From the IMG/VR virus record IMGVR_UViG_3300042922_000270: 64,000 nucleotides of DNA. One strand, 5' to 3'. Under the pieces are notes generated by a model. That model had not been told where the DNA came from. It did no database searches and saw only the letters and a list, made by a program, of their open reading frames with translations. Source of the DNA: a virus (taxonomy: Duplodnaviria; Heunggongvirae; Uroviricota; Caudoviricetes). Below are positions 45,801-55,857 of the stretch, one piece after another (positions within the stretch are counted from its first letter, which is position 1; each line of letters opens with the position of its first letter). Both the position numbers and the translations under genes were made by a program.

Positions 45801-45834
45801 AAGAGTAGGTTGCATTGAATGCGCCTACTCTTTT
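45801..45834 (+). terminator. Terminator after portal
   Basis: AAGAGTAGG...CCTACTCTT-TT. Confidence 0.65.
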
Positions 45835-45881
45835 ATGTTAGGCTATCTAACATGTCCCATCTCCCATAAGAGGTAGCACCA

Positions 45882-46205
45882 ATGCTAAGAACCCTTATCC
45901 TCCGTAGCAAGCTCAAGAAGTACTATAAGCACATGATGCCTATAGCTCTAACAACAAACCAAGACTATAGTATTGTCTTTATTAGAAAGCTTAATCTACT
46001 AACCGTAGAGGTAGACTATCTAGATGTAGACGCACACACCCTTCTGGCGAGTGGGACTATGTTTATTTCAGACATCCAGTCTGTAGGAGATATATCAGTA
46101 GACTCAGTGAAGCTAAGACTACTAAGGCAGAATCCGGATCTCATTATTGATGACGGTTGGGGCGAAGACGATAGCGTAGACTGTCCAGTAGAAGACGAGG
46201 ACTAA
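45882..46205 (+). CDS. Hypothetical protein
   Basis: GAGGT SD, 107 aa. Confidence 0.75.
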   Translation: MLRTLILRSKLKKYYKHMMPIALTTNQDYSIVFIRKLNLLTVEVDYLDVDAHTLLASGTMFISDIQSVGDISVDSVKLRLLRQNPDLIIDDGWGEDDSVDCPVEDED

Positions 46206-46209
46206 CAAC

Positions 46210-46488
46210 ATGGCCAAATCAGACAATAATGATATGATCAGGGTCACCTTAAAGTCTTACAATGAACCAGCCACTAAACGTGTTCTAGAGAGCATAGAGA
46301 GGTTTGAGATTGAAGGCCACAGGGTTACTCTAACTCAGAACGAATACGATAAGGATCAGTCCTGTGATGTTATCGTAATTGAGGGACCCAAGTCGTCCCT
46401 ACTAAAGCTAGCCCAATATATCGAGTCACTAGAGAAGCTGGCTAAGGACTGGGTCATCCCCGTCCAGCCTAAGAATAATATTGCGTAA
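46210..46488 (+). CDS. Hypothetical protein
   Basis: GAGGA SD, 92 aa. Confidence 0.75.
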   Translation: MAKSDNNDMIRVTLKSYNEPATKRVLESIERFEIEGHRVTLTQNEYDKDQSCDVIVIEGPKSSLLKLAQYIESLEKLAKDWVIPVQPKNNIA

Positions 46489-46491
46489 ATC

Positions 46492-46520
46492 TTGCATACT
46501 TAAATATGGTATTGTATACT
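46492..46520 (+). promoter_or_regulatory. Sigma70-like promoter for the head operon
   Basis: TTGCAT-17 nt-TATACT. Confidence 0.55.
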
Positions 46521-46555
46521 ATCGTAGTGTTATTTAAAGAAGGGTCTTACATCAC

Positions 46556-47962
46556 ATGATAACAACGCTTCGTATACCTATAGCCAGACTCGGTAGATGG
46601 TACCATCCCGTTTACAAGAACGATAAGGGCGAACCAGTAGTAGAGTTTAATCAGGCAGACTTCGATTCCATGAAGAATGCCTTCAGAAATGATGACCGTG
46701 GTTACGAGCCTTATCTAACCTATGGTCACGTAAAGGCTCTATACGATAAGACTACTAACGATGGCTTCCCTATCGAGGGATACCTAACCAAGATGGAGCA
46801 GGTGGATGATGTTCTCTATGGAGAGTTCACCCCAACCAATCCTAAGGTAGTAGAGCTAGTTAAAGACGGTAAATACCGTTACGCCTCTGGTGAATTTATT
46901 AGGGGCTTGCCATCTAAGGCAAATGGTGATAGAGTAAGAGTGTTCCTGAAGGGCGTTGCCCTCACTAATACTCCATTCGTGCCTAACCTGCCACTCAATG
47001 CAGTTAAGCATGTATCAGAGGACACTAATGAAGAATATCTTCTTATGTCCGAATCAATAGAGCTAGGAGACAACGCCGTAATGACAGAGAATCAAGATAA
47101 GTTAACGTGCCCTACCTGCGATCAAGCAGTAGAGGTTGGATGTACTCACAATGCGACTGAAGAGGTTGTGGTTGTAGAACGCCCAGAAAACACCGTACCG
47201 AATATGGTAGAAAATATAGAGGATGTTAAGGAAGTTAAGAACCTTCTCTCAGAGCTAGTGACTCTAGCCAAGAACTTCTTCACTAAGCCTGAGGCTACTG
47301 AGAAGACTGAAGAGATTGTTGAGACTCCTTCTAACGATTCATCACTTACCGAGGAAGCTGTAACACAGGATGCCCCTCAGGTAATCAATGAGGAGAATAA
47401 TGTGGAAGACACTACCCCTGAGCTAAACCAGGAACTGCCTGTCGAGGAAGTTGTTGAGGTTGAAGCCCCTGTAGCAGTTGTAGAAGATGCACCTGTTGTT
47501 GAGGAGCCCACTGACCTAGACGCTGCCAAGAAGGACCTAGAGGACAAGCTAGCTGCTCTTGAAGCAGAGAAGGCCGCTCTAGAGGCTGAGAAGGTTGCTC
47601 TATCTGAGAGAGTAAGTTCATACGAGAATGAGAGACTTGCTGCTATCGCCGATGCTAAGGAGAGTCAACTCTCTGAACAAGTTAACGGTCTAGTAAGCGC
47701 CGGTCTCGCCCCTGCAGTTGCTGACAGAGTCAAGGCTCTAGTAAGTTCAACTTCAGATTCAGTAATCTCCCTTTCTGAGGGCGATGAAGTAAGTCTAGGT
47801 GATGCCGTACTAGATCTAGTCAAGGAGATTCTCAAGCCTGAGAACCGTATTGAACTAGAGCAAGTAGGTGCCACTGCTGACACTGCTACACTATCTGACG
47901 ATGCTGGAGATCCTTGGGCAGCTACCCGCGCCAAGTACTCACAGCTTAGACAAACTAAGTAA
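46556..47962 (+). CDS. Mu-like prohead protease / scaffold
   Basis: G-W-HP, LTYGH, YRYASGEF, GVALTNTPF; acidic coiled-coil C-terminus. Confidence 0.85.
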   Translation: MITTLRIPIARLGRWYHPVYKNDKGEPVVEFNQADFDSMKNAFRNDDRGYEPYLTYGHVKALYDKTTNDGFPIEGYLTKMEQVDDVLYGEFTPTNPKVVELVKDGKYRYASGEFIRGLPSKANGDRVRVFLKGVALTNTPFVPNLPLNAVKHVSEDTNEEYLLMSESIELGDNAVMTENQDKLTCPTCDQAVEVGCTHNATEEVVVVERPENTVPNMVENIEDVKEVKNLLSELVTLAKNFFTKPEATEKTEEIVETPSNDSSLTEEAVTQDAPQVINEENNVEDTTPELNQELPVEEVVEVEAPVAVVEDAPVVEEPTDLDAAKKDLEDKLAALEAEKAALEAEKVALSERVSSYENERLAAIADAKESQLSEQVNGLVSAGLAPAVADRVKALVSSTSDSVISLSEGDEVSLGDAVLDLVKEILKPENRIELEQVGATADTATLSDDAGDPWAATRAKYSQLRQTK

Positions 47963-47990
47963 GTCTTGACTATAAGGAGACATAATTTAA

Positions 47991-49169
47991 ATGCCTAACG
48001 GACAAGGAAATCTAGTAAACGGTCACTTTGATGCACCGTTTAGTATCAAGGAGCTTGGTGGTACTTTCCTAACTAAGCTAGCTGCAGAGATGGCGCAGCT
48101 TCAGGCTGACCCCCTAGGTCAGTTCCTACCTACCATCCTCACCCCTGAGGAGGACATCAGAGTTGAATGGCTAGTAGACTCACTCGCTCTAACGGGCGTT
48201 GTGAAGCCTGGTATGCCTAACCCGCTCAACCACCAGGACAAGGCACGTAGCTTCAAGGTGGAGCCCGCTTACTTCCGTAAGGGTGACTTCATTGATATGA
48301 AGACTATCAACTACCTACGTCAGCCTGGTACTGTGGACAAGACTTGGGGTATGGGCCTAGTAGAGCGTCAGATGCGTATGCTAGTCGATCAGGCTAACAT
48401 GATGATGACTGTTCTTCGTGCACAGCTATTCACCGGTGGTATCAACTACACCGACCCCCAGACCCAGGTAACTATTACCGCTGCTTCAGGCATCCCTGCT
48501 AACAACTACTTCACCATTGGCCAGGCCACAGGTGGTGGTTCAGGCAATGCTGACTTCCTCACCGCTGGTGGTGGTAAGCAGTGGACCGATCCTACTGCTA
48601 AGGTTCTAGACGATCTTCTAAAGATCAAGAACCGTCAGGAGCGTCGTAACTTCGCTAAGCCCACTCACCTCATCATGAACGGCGAGCTAATGGAAGTTCT
48701 AATGCGTAACGAGCAGATCCGTGAGTACCTACGTACTGACTCAGGTCTAGCTGATCGCTTCGGCTTCATCACTTTCGCTGATGGTGAGATCGCAACTCTA
48801 TGCGGTATGAAGGTTGTTAAGTGCAACACCCTAGCTGACTTCCCTAAGGCTGATGGTTCATTCGGTTTCGATCGTAAGTACATCATCCAGCCTAACCAGG
48901 TCATCATGTTCACTGACAAGAACCCTCTCCTAGCTTCAGAGCCCCTCGGCTTCTCATACCTAACCAAGGGCGAACACCCCTACGGTGGAATGGGTATCTG
49001 GGTTGAGACTATGGATGCAAGGTACCGTGGTCCTCAGGCTGCTCCTGGTGTAGCAATGCAGATCGGCATGGCTGGTCTACCTTACTTCCAGCACCCTGCT
49101 TGGGTCAACGTACTAACCGTTGCAGAGCTAGCTAACGTATCCCTCCAGACTGGCGCTGACTACAAGTAA
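47991..49169 (+). CDS. Major capsid protein (lambda gpE-like family)
   Basis: Position after the protease, strong SD and codon bias, WTDPTAKVLDDL motif. Confidence 0.85.
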   Translation: MPNGQGNLVNGHFDAPFSIKELGGTFLTKLAAEMAQLQADPLGQFLPTILTPEEDIRVEWLVDSLALTGVVKPGMPNPLNHQDKARSFKVEPAYFRKGDFIDMKTINYLRQPGTVDKTWGMGLVERQMRMLVDQANMMMTVLRAQLFTGGINYTDPQTQVTITAASGIPANNYFTIGQATGGGSGNADFLTAGGGKQWTDPTAKVLDDLLKIKNRQERRNFAKPTHLIMNGELMEVLMRNEQIREYLRTDSGLADRFGFITFADGEIATLCGMKVVKCNTLADFPKADGSFGFDRKYIIQPNQVIMFTDKNPLLASEPLGFSYLTKGEHPYGGMGIWVETMDARYRGPQAAPGVAMQIGMAGLPYFQHPAWVNVLTVAELANVSLQTGADYK

Positions 49170-49229
49170 GAATTAAGATAGAGGGGGTGGTAACCCCACC
49201 CTCTCACTTATAAGGAGAATTAATTCAAA

Positions 49230-49658
49230 ATGGCTAAGTACCAAACTTGGGAGCTAACCCCTAACGAGATCATCGAAGGCCTAATGGTCACCGCTGCTGG
49301 CGCTGTAGTATCATACACTGCTGGTCGTGCACGTATCGATGGTAGAGTTGTTGAGGTTGCCGCTGGCACCGTTACTAATACTGTAACTGGCGCTACTCCC
49401 GTAGACCTAACCCTATACATCAATCCTGATAAGGATTACGACGGTAACGTCCTAGCTCGTATCTCCTTCACCAAGGAGCCCGATCACTCACACACCAACA
49501 TCAACGGCACCGTAGGTACACGTTACTCACGTTCACTACCTATCGCTACTATGAAGACTGCTACAACCACAGCTAACATTGATACTACCACTATCAACAA
49601 CAACGCTAAGGATCTATACGCTTCATTCACCAACACTCGTTCAGAGATGGGTAACTAG
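49230..49658 (+). CDS. Virion structural protein (possible head decoration)
   Basis: Strong SD, Thr-rich, follows the capsid gene. Confidence 0.6.
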   Translation: MAKYQTWELTPNEIIEGLMVTAAGAVVSYTAGRARIDGRVVEVAAGTVTNTVTGATPVDLTLYINPDKDYDGNVLARISFTKEPDHSHTNINGTVGTRYSRSLPIATMKTATTTANIDTTTINNNAKDLYASFTNTRSEMGN

Positions 49659-49663
49659 TTCTA

Positions 49664-49906
49664 ATGGTTAAACTCATATCACTATTTCCTCACAAGGGAG
49701 ATGATGATGTATTTTATCCAGCAGGCGCCCACAGAGTAGTACAGGATGCTGATGCTCCTTTCCTACTCCAAGAAGTAGCCAACCTCAAGTACTATGAGCT
49801 AATCGGCCCCGTAGTAGAAGAGAAGAAAGCTGCTCCTGTAGTGGACGAAGCACCTGTTGAGTCTGATGAAGCAGAAGTAGTAGAGAAGCCTAAGAAGAAG
49901 AAGTAA
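49664..49906 (+). CDS. Small head-associated protein
   Basis: 80 aa, acidic then KKKK tail. Confidence 0.65.
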   Translation: MVKLISLFPHKGDDDVFYPAGAHRVVQDADAPFLLQEVANLKYYELIGPVVEEKKAAPVVDEAPVESDEAEVVEKPKKKK

Positions 49907-49967
49907 ACTATGAGGGTATCCTGGGCTATAGTGTTCAGGGTACCCTTTAGTTATAGGATACATTACA

Positions 49968-51524
49968 ATGGCATTTGATTACACAACCGCCGTGACTATG
50001 ACTAAGAGTCTATCCAGCCTCATTAGTGGTGTAGCAGATACTGAAGTTAGGGCAGCACTGGAGAACCATGCTGTACCTCGAATCAAGAGTTATCTGATGA
50101 CAGCTACGAATACTGCTGGTCAGTATCTCTTCTACACAGCTCTATCTGACATGGCCGATCCAAGTATGGCTGGTCAGGTAGAAGCACTAGTAGACCTAGT
50201 TATGGATGAACCTATTGTAGCAGGCGCTGTAAGGCGTATAGCTGCTGCTTTTGCGTGTTCATGGGTTCTGATGAGTAACCTAGGTATTATTACCTCACAG
50301 CAAGCTATGGCTGAAACTCTTGAGAAGCAGGCTATGGCCGACCTCAAGAACCTAGCTAAGTCAGATGTTATTAGCAAGAGTATAGATAGTGCTCTACCTA
50401 AGTTTAGTGCCAATACCTCTGAAGTCTTTTACTTTGCCTTGGACATGGATCCTGCAACAGTAGACGTGACAGCTAAGACCGCCTCACCTTATGCAGGCGC
50501 TCAACAGGCAGGTAAGGTCACAGCAATCATTAATGGGTTTGTCGTGCAAGCTGATATAGCTATTGGAGACACCCCTATCCAAATCGTTAACAAACTAGCC
50601 CTAGCTATTAACGCTGCACAGACTACTGGCTCGGTTAATGTTAGTGCTGCTCCTAGTGAGGGTCCTGAGGTATCAGCTATTAGGGTTTTCTCCGATACTG
50701 ATCCCGTAACCAGTGAACCTCGAAACACACAAGTCACTTATATTTCCAATGTGACGTCCCTGAAGATCTATCCCTTCAAGTACGATAACGTTATAGACGT
50801 AGCTACCATCACTATCTATATTACTCATGACAATACTGTTACCCCGACCCAACAGGATCCAGGTAACTTAGGTATTGTGTATGGACTATCCTCAGCTATC
50901 TCAGCGTTGAGTAAGAATGGTCCTTATGCAGTTGGTGTAGATCTCAAGACCGGTAAGACTACAGCACTAAGTTCAACCCAAAATACTGAGACAGGTGTAG
51001 TATCCGACTCCCTGTTCTTCCAAGGAACCACGGTAGTAGACGGCACGGTTAGATATTCTATCAATGACAGCGCTACTCAGATAGTGGATGTACCAGCAGG
51101 GACTACAGCACAAAGACTAGCAGAGATGCTTGCACAGGACCTTGCAGACAAAGCAGCCACCTTAAGAATCCTAGGAGCTGTTAGGCCTTCCACAAAGATT
51201 ACTATTAACGGATCACCAGTAGACGCACCAGGGCTTACTGTTGTTGCTTTTGCTATAGACAGACTCATGTCCAAGATGGTCTTCACCCTGGTGTCAGTAC
51301 CTCAAGGTATAACCTTTGGTGTAGTACCTCCCACACTTATTACCCTCGCTAACTTCGATGAGAGAACCAAGTCAGTAGTGGTCAATACTACTATAGGTAC
51401 CGGAGGCTCTACAGGCACTCCTGCGCCTACTGTCCAAGCTCCTACAGGTAATGTACTAACATCAACCTATAAGCCCTCAGACAGACTTAAGATGCTTCTC
51501 GACCAGCGCAACACAGACTTCTAA
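49968..51524 (+). CDS. Putative head-tail adaptor with C-terminal extension
   Basis: Helical N-terminal ~140 aa, position in module, repeated beta-beta-alpha modules. Confidence 0.55.
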   Translation: MAFDYTTAVTMTKSLSSLISGVADTEVRAALENHAVPRIKSYLMTATNTAGQYLFYTALSDMADPSMAGQVEALVDLVMDEPIVAGAVRRIAAAFACSWVLMSNLGIITSQQAMAETLEKQAMADLKNLAKSDVISKSIDSALPKFSANTSEVFYFALDMDPATVDVTAKTASPYAGAQQAGKVTAIINGFVVQADIAIGDTPIQIVNKLALAINAAQTTGSVNVSAAPSEGPEVSAIRVFSDTDPVTSEPRNTQVTYISNVTSLKIYPFKYDNVIDVATITIYITHDNTVTPTQQDPGNLGIVYGLSSAISALSKNGPYAVGVDLKTGKTTALSSTQNTETGVVSDSLFFQGTTVVDGTVRYSINDSATQIVDVPAGTTAQRLAEMLAQDLADKAATLRILGAVRPSTKITINGSPVDAPGLTVVAFAIDRLMSKMVFTLVSVPQGITFGVVPPTLITLANFDERTKSVVVNTTIGTGGSTGTPAPTVQAPTGNVLTSTYKPSDRLKMLLDQRNTDF

Positions 51525-52720
51525 TGAATCCATATATCGACTTAGATACCATCATCGAGCGAACATTTATTATGTTGGCTCAGCACCCAGAAATAAGACA
51601 ACCTGTTATCAAGAACTCTGCAGGGGCCACCTTTAAGATAACCAGGTTTAGAGACCACGATGGGTTTGACGATAACCAGTCTGGTGCCACTCTATCAATC
51701 TTTCCATATAGCTATGGCACTACCACTACTACCCAATCAGGTAATGCCGGTATTGTGTACGAGCCCTATCATGTAGGTTCTGGTACTGCTGAGCCTGCGT
51801 TTGATAGAGCTAGAGTACACCTTATGGTAAAGATTTCATACCTAGGCCAGAATAGATCCACTGCCACCGAGAACCATGATGGGTTTGCTATTCAGGTTGT
51901 ACGTAATGAAACTGAGAGGCTCTTACGTAAGTGGGCTGAGAAGCTAAGACAAATATTGCTTACAAAACCCATGAGCAATGTGTCAGGATTAGTTAGGAAT
52001 TCAAACGTTAACTACATTGGATACCCGACCACTGAATGGACTGGTAAGCAGGGCGAGAACGCCGTTCTACATAGTACTTACTTTGTATGGCAGCTAGAGC
52101 TTAACGCTCCCCGCAACTGGAAGACCTGGCCTATCTACAACCCCCTGGATGGTGTGAACACCTGGGACTATGTTGGAGTAGAGCTTAGGACTGGAACCCT
52201 AATCTATTTTGATTCGAGTATAGACAAGCTAGTAAGCGTTGATGGTTTTAACATAGCCTCTACTCCAGCTCCTGCTAATATTCCCGTCAAGTGGAATCCT
52301 GTAGCTAAGAGATTCGAGAATGCAAAGACCAGCGTTCCACTAACTGATCTTGAGCTAACAGACCCGGCAACCAGTAAACCCTGGATAGCCACTTATCTTA
52401 AGATCGTGGGCGTCATCAAGGCAGCGGGTAGCTTCAACAAGCTACAACAAAACCTATTCTGGAATACAACAACTTTAAGGCTAGAGCTAGCAGATGGAAC
52501 CATTGTAACTGCTCTACCAGGAGAAGACGGAGTACTCGGTAATGGTGATGACATTGGTATTAGCTACGATCCTGACTCCGGTATTTTGTCCGTGACTTAC
52601 CCTGGACAATCATCACGCCCAGTAAATACCATTACTGATCCCGTATACTTGTTAAACACCTCCAACGTTAATATCTACGATGCTAACGGTATGGTTCTCA
52701 GAGAATCCTTTAAACTGTAA
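51524..52720 (+). CDS. Putative neck / tail terminator with C-terminal extension
   Basis: Directly upstream of the sheath gene. Confidence 0.5.
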   Translation: MNPYIDLDTIIERTFIMLAQHPEIRQPVIKNSAGATFKITRFRDHDGFDDNQSGATLSIFPYSYGTTTTTQSGNAGIVYEPYHVGSGTAEPAFDRARVHLMVKISYLGQNRSTATENHDGFAIQVVRNETERLLRKWAEKLRQILLTKPMSNVSGLVRNSNVNYIGYPTTEWTGKQGENAVLHSTYFVWQLELNAPRNWKTWPIYNPLDGVNTWDYVGVELRTGTLIYFDSSIDKLVSVDGFNIASTPAPANIPVKWNPVAKRFENAKTSVPLTDLELTDPATSKPWIATYLKIVGVIKAAGSFNKLQQNLFWNTTTLRLELADGTIVTALPGEDGVLGNGDDIGISYDPDSGILSVTYPGQSSRPVNTITDPVYLLNTSNVNIYDANGMVLRESFKL

Positions 52721-52732
52721 GAGGAGATATAA

Positions 52733-54520
52733 ATGTCTCAGTTTCAACTTTATCCATCATTCTCATTCGATGAGAGTAATGTAGGTCTAAGAGCAATCAG
52801 ACCTGCTGGAGTCGATCGTATCGGCCTAGTAGGTGAGTTCGCTCGTGGCCCACTCAATCCTGTCATTGTTGACTATGCACTATTCAGAGCACTATACGGT
52901 GTAACCCTACACAACGGCTCTATCGGTGTTCAGGTTGCCAATGATCAAGGCGCTAATGACTTCGCTCTAGTACGTGTACTAGGTAAGGGCACCAAGGCTG
53001 CAAGAACTATCACCGTTACTGGCCCTGCTAGTGCTGCTGGTACTCTAACCGTTAACATTGACGACGGTACTGCTAAGACCTATACCGTAAACGTTGCTGA
53101 AGATGATAGCGCTGCTGTTATCGCTGGTAAGATCAACACTGCCATTACTGCCGACTCTGCTAACCTGGTTGTTAACTCAACTCTAAATGCAGACCCTACT
53201 AAGGTAGACGTAACTGCTGAGACTGCTGGCCTAGCTGGTAACTCTTACACCATTCACGTCTCTGGTACCATCGCTGGCGTAACTGTAAGTCCTTCTGTTT
53301 CAACCCCTCTCGCAGGTGGTACAGATGGCCCTATGAACGCAACCAAGACCCTGCTAAACGGTGCAACTGAAGTTCTTAAGCTAGATGCAGTATCACCTGG
53401 TGCATGGGGTAACAACATTAACGTAACTATTACTGCTGGTTCAGACACCGGTCTAGTTAACATCACCGTAGAGTTCGCTGACGACAACATCATCGAGATC
53501 TATAACGATGTGGACTTCACTGACCTCTACGATGAGGACAAGGTAGTAGCTTTCAGGTCATCAGTTCTAGTAACTGCAACTCTTCTAGATCCTACTCTAG
53601 AGCCCGACCTCGCAGCTGTTCAGCTAGAAGATGGTGCTAACGGCCCCGCTGTAACCACTCAGGACTACATCGACGCTATCAACAAGCTAGAAGATGTATA
53701 TGTAACCTTCCTAGTTGCCCCCGGTATCAAGCCCGCAGGTATCGACCAGAATGCTATCAACTCTACTCTCGTTGCTCAGGCAGAGAAGGTAGATAACCTA
53801 ATCGGTGAAGTTGGTGGTCTACGTATGGCTATCATCCCTGCTCCTCGTGGTACTAAGGTTGCTGACCTACCTGGTCTCAAGGCTAACATTCCTAACTCTA
53901 AGCACGCTGTAATGGTTGCTGGTTGGGGTACCTACGCTAAGCAGCAGAAGCTACGTCGTTATGGCGTATCACCTGATGTCATCTACGTCGGTCACATGGT
54001 AGCAACTCCTGTACAGGTATCCGCTGCTGCTCGCACCAGCTCACCTTTCGTACAGGCTATCCTAGAGGTAGACACCCCTATTGGTACCGCAGCTCAGAAC
54101 GAGCTAACTAAGTACCGTCTAGAGGCTCTAATCCTAGATCCGACTACTGGTGGTATCCACTGCCTCAACGGTCGTTCAACTTCAACTGATCCTGCATGGT
54201 ACTGGTCATGCATCCGTCGTGTCTACAACAAGATTCGTATGGACATCTTCTTCAACATGCAGTTCATCAAATCTGAGCCTAACGACAAGCGTCTCGACGC
54301 AGTTGTTCAGAACAGCATCAACGCATACCTAGACGTACTACTCCAGTCACGTGTGATCAACGGTTACAACCCCACCATCTCTAACGACCAGAACAACCCT
54401 GCAGCACTACGTGGCACCGGCCTACGTTATGTTGACTTCGGTATCGAGCCTCTCTTCCCTGGAGACTTCGTACAGTTCCGTATCGCTAGAACACTAACCG
54501 GCCAGATCCGTCTAGGCTAA
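52733..54520 (+). CDS. Contractile tail sheath protein
   Basis: IGLVGEFARGP, SPGAWGNNI, IRRV, SEPND. Confidence 0.93.
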   Translation: MSQFQLYPSFSFDESNVGLRAIRPAGVDRIGLVGEFARGPLNPVIVDYALFRALYGVTLHNGSIGVQVANDQGANDFALVRVLGKGTKAARTITVTGPASAAGTLTVNIDDGTAKTYTVNVAEDDSAAVIAGKINTAITADSANLVVNSTLNADPTKVDVTAETAGLAGNSYTIHVSGTIAGVTVSPSVSTPLAGGTDGPMNATKTLLNGATEVLKLDAVSPGAWGNNINVTITAGSDTGLVNITVEFADDNIIEIYNDVDFTDLYDEDKVVAFRSSVLVTATLLDPTLEPDLAAVQLEDGANGPAVTTQDYIDAINKLEDVYVTFLVAPGIKPAGIDQNAINSTLVAQAEKVDNLIGEVGGLRMAIIPAPRGTKVADLPGLKANIPNSKHAVMVAGWGTYAKQQKLRRYGVSPDVIYVGHMVATPVQVSAAARTSSPFVQAILEVDTPIGTAAQNELTKYRLEALILDPTTGGIHCLNGRSTSTDPAWYWSCIRRVYNKIRMDIFFNMQFIKSEPNDKRLDAVVQNSINAYLDVLLQSRVINGYNPTISNDQNNPAALRGTGLRYVDFGIEPLFPGDFVQFRIARTLTGQIRLG

Positions 54521-54535
54521 TAGGAGATACCTGAT

Positions 54536-55117
54536 ATGGCAGACCTACCTTACGCAGGCCCTGCGGGCATTGAAACCGCAGATCCCCTACAAGGTTATGA
54601 CATTAAGGTAAAGACATATGCTGCTACAGGGGGTAACACCCACCCCCTCGTAGGAGCCTTTACCTCAGCAATGTTCAAGATCGTCAACCAGACTGAAACT
54701 TACCTACCTCTGAACTCTAGAATTCCTAGACAGCTAGATGGTGAGATTATCATTGTGTGGGCACTTGAGCAGGGCCTAATCGCTCCTGATGTTATGACTA
54801 ACACCTTCGGTACTAACTTTGGTGCTGCACTCAATGAGGGTCGTGGACACAAGATTCCTCGATCATCAAGATTCAATATCTCATTCCTAGTGGAGCTAGC
54901 TGCAGACGAACTTGCTGCTTCTAACCCTGCTATCTTTGATAACAACTTCTTCTCAGCTGGTGCTTTCGGTGCCAATGATAATAAGCCTGAATTTGAGTTC
55001 CACCTACTATTCTGCAGAGTAGACACCTACTCATTCGGTATGACTTCTGGTCGTCACGTTGTAGCCAACTCATGGCAAGGCACCGCTGAAGGCATCAAAG
55101 TCGTTCCGGCAAGCTAA
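54536..55117 (+). CDS. Tail tube protein (paralogue 1)
   Basis: After sheath; DPLQGYD...NQTETYLPLN...WQGTAEG. Confidence 0.75.
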   Translation: MADLPYAGPAGIETADPLQGYDIKVKTYAATGGNTHPLVGAFTSAMFKIVNQTETYLPLNSRIPRQLDGEIIIVWALEQGLIAPDVMTNTFGTNFGAALNEGRGHKIPRSSRFNISFLVELAADELAASNPAIFDNNFFSAGAFGANDNKPEFEFHLLFCRVDTYSFGMTSGRHVVANSWQGTAEGIKVVPAS

Positions 55118-55129
55118 AGGATACTTATT

Positions 55130-55738
55130 ATGGCTAAAGATACAGATATCGTATTAGACCCTATTCAAGGGTTTGACGTAGGTGTATATGCACAGGTCTC
55201 TCCTACCCTAGCAGGTGGCGGCACTCCTGATGCAGTACTAGTTGGCACGTTTACTTCCGTCATGTTTAAGGTGGTGAATCAGACAGAGACGTATCTACCC
55301 CTCAACCAGCGTATTGCTCGTCACCTCGATGGTGAGCTACTATTCGTCTGGGCAGCAGAACAGGGCTTCATACACCCTGGGTTCCTGGCCAATACATTTG
55401 GTAGTAACTTTGCTGGAGACCTATCAGGCACAGGTAGTCTAACTACCAATGCGGATCCTTCCAATCCTACAGTAAACTATAGGGGCGGTCGTGCAAGTAA
55501 GATTAGGCGTACTCAGCGCTTCTCACTAATCTTCCAGGTAGATATGTCAAGCGATGTAACCTCACAGAACGAGGCCAGCTTCTGGAATGATAACTTCACA
55601 GATGATGGTCAGAAGCTAGAGCTTAAGATGTGTCGTGTAGATACTTATACTTTTGGCGTAACTCCAGGTCGCAACATCGTTGCTAACTCATGGCAAGGTA
55701 CAGCCGAGATGCTAAGTCTTCTAAAGCCCGCCGTCTAA
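55130..55738 (+). CDS. Tail tube protein (paralogue 2)
   Basis: DPIQGFD...NQTETYLPLN...WQGTAE. Confidence 0.75.
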   Translation: MAKDTDIVLDPIQGFDVGVYAQVSPTLAGGGTPDAVLVGTFTSVMFKVVNQTETYLPLNQRIARHLDGELLFVWAAEQGFIHPGFLANTFGSNFAGDLSGTGSLTTNADPSNPTVNYRGGRASKIRRTQRFSLIFQVDMSSDVTSQNEASFWNDNFTDDGQKLELKMCRVDTYTFGVTPGRNIVANSWQGTAEMLSLLKPAV

Positions 55739-55753
55739 ACTATAACTACTTAG

Positions 55754-55779
55754 AGAGGTCCCTACAGGGGCCTCTTTTT
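55754..55779 (+). terminator. Terminator after tube genes
   Basis: AGAGGTCCC-TACA-GGGGCCTCT-TTTT. Confidence 0.8.
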
Positions 55780-55857
55780 GTTGCCTAGATTATACTACTT
55801 GACACGTCTAAACTAGAAATATAGTGTATAATCATAATAAATAGAGGTGATATAAAC

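Noticed and set aside
55799-55832. TTGACA...TATAAT promoter before the hub gene
   Set aside because: Spacing to TATAAT is too long and to TATAGT too short for a confident call.
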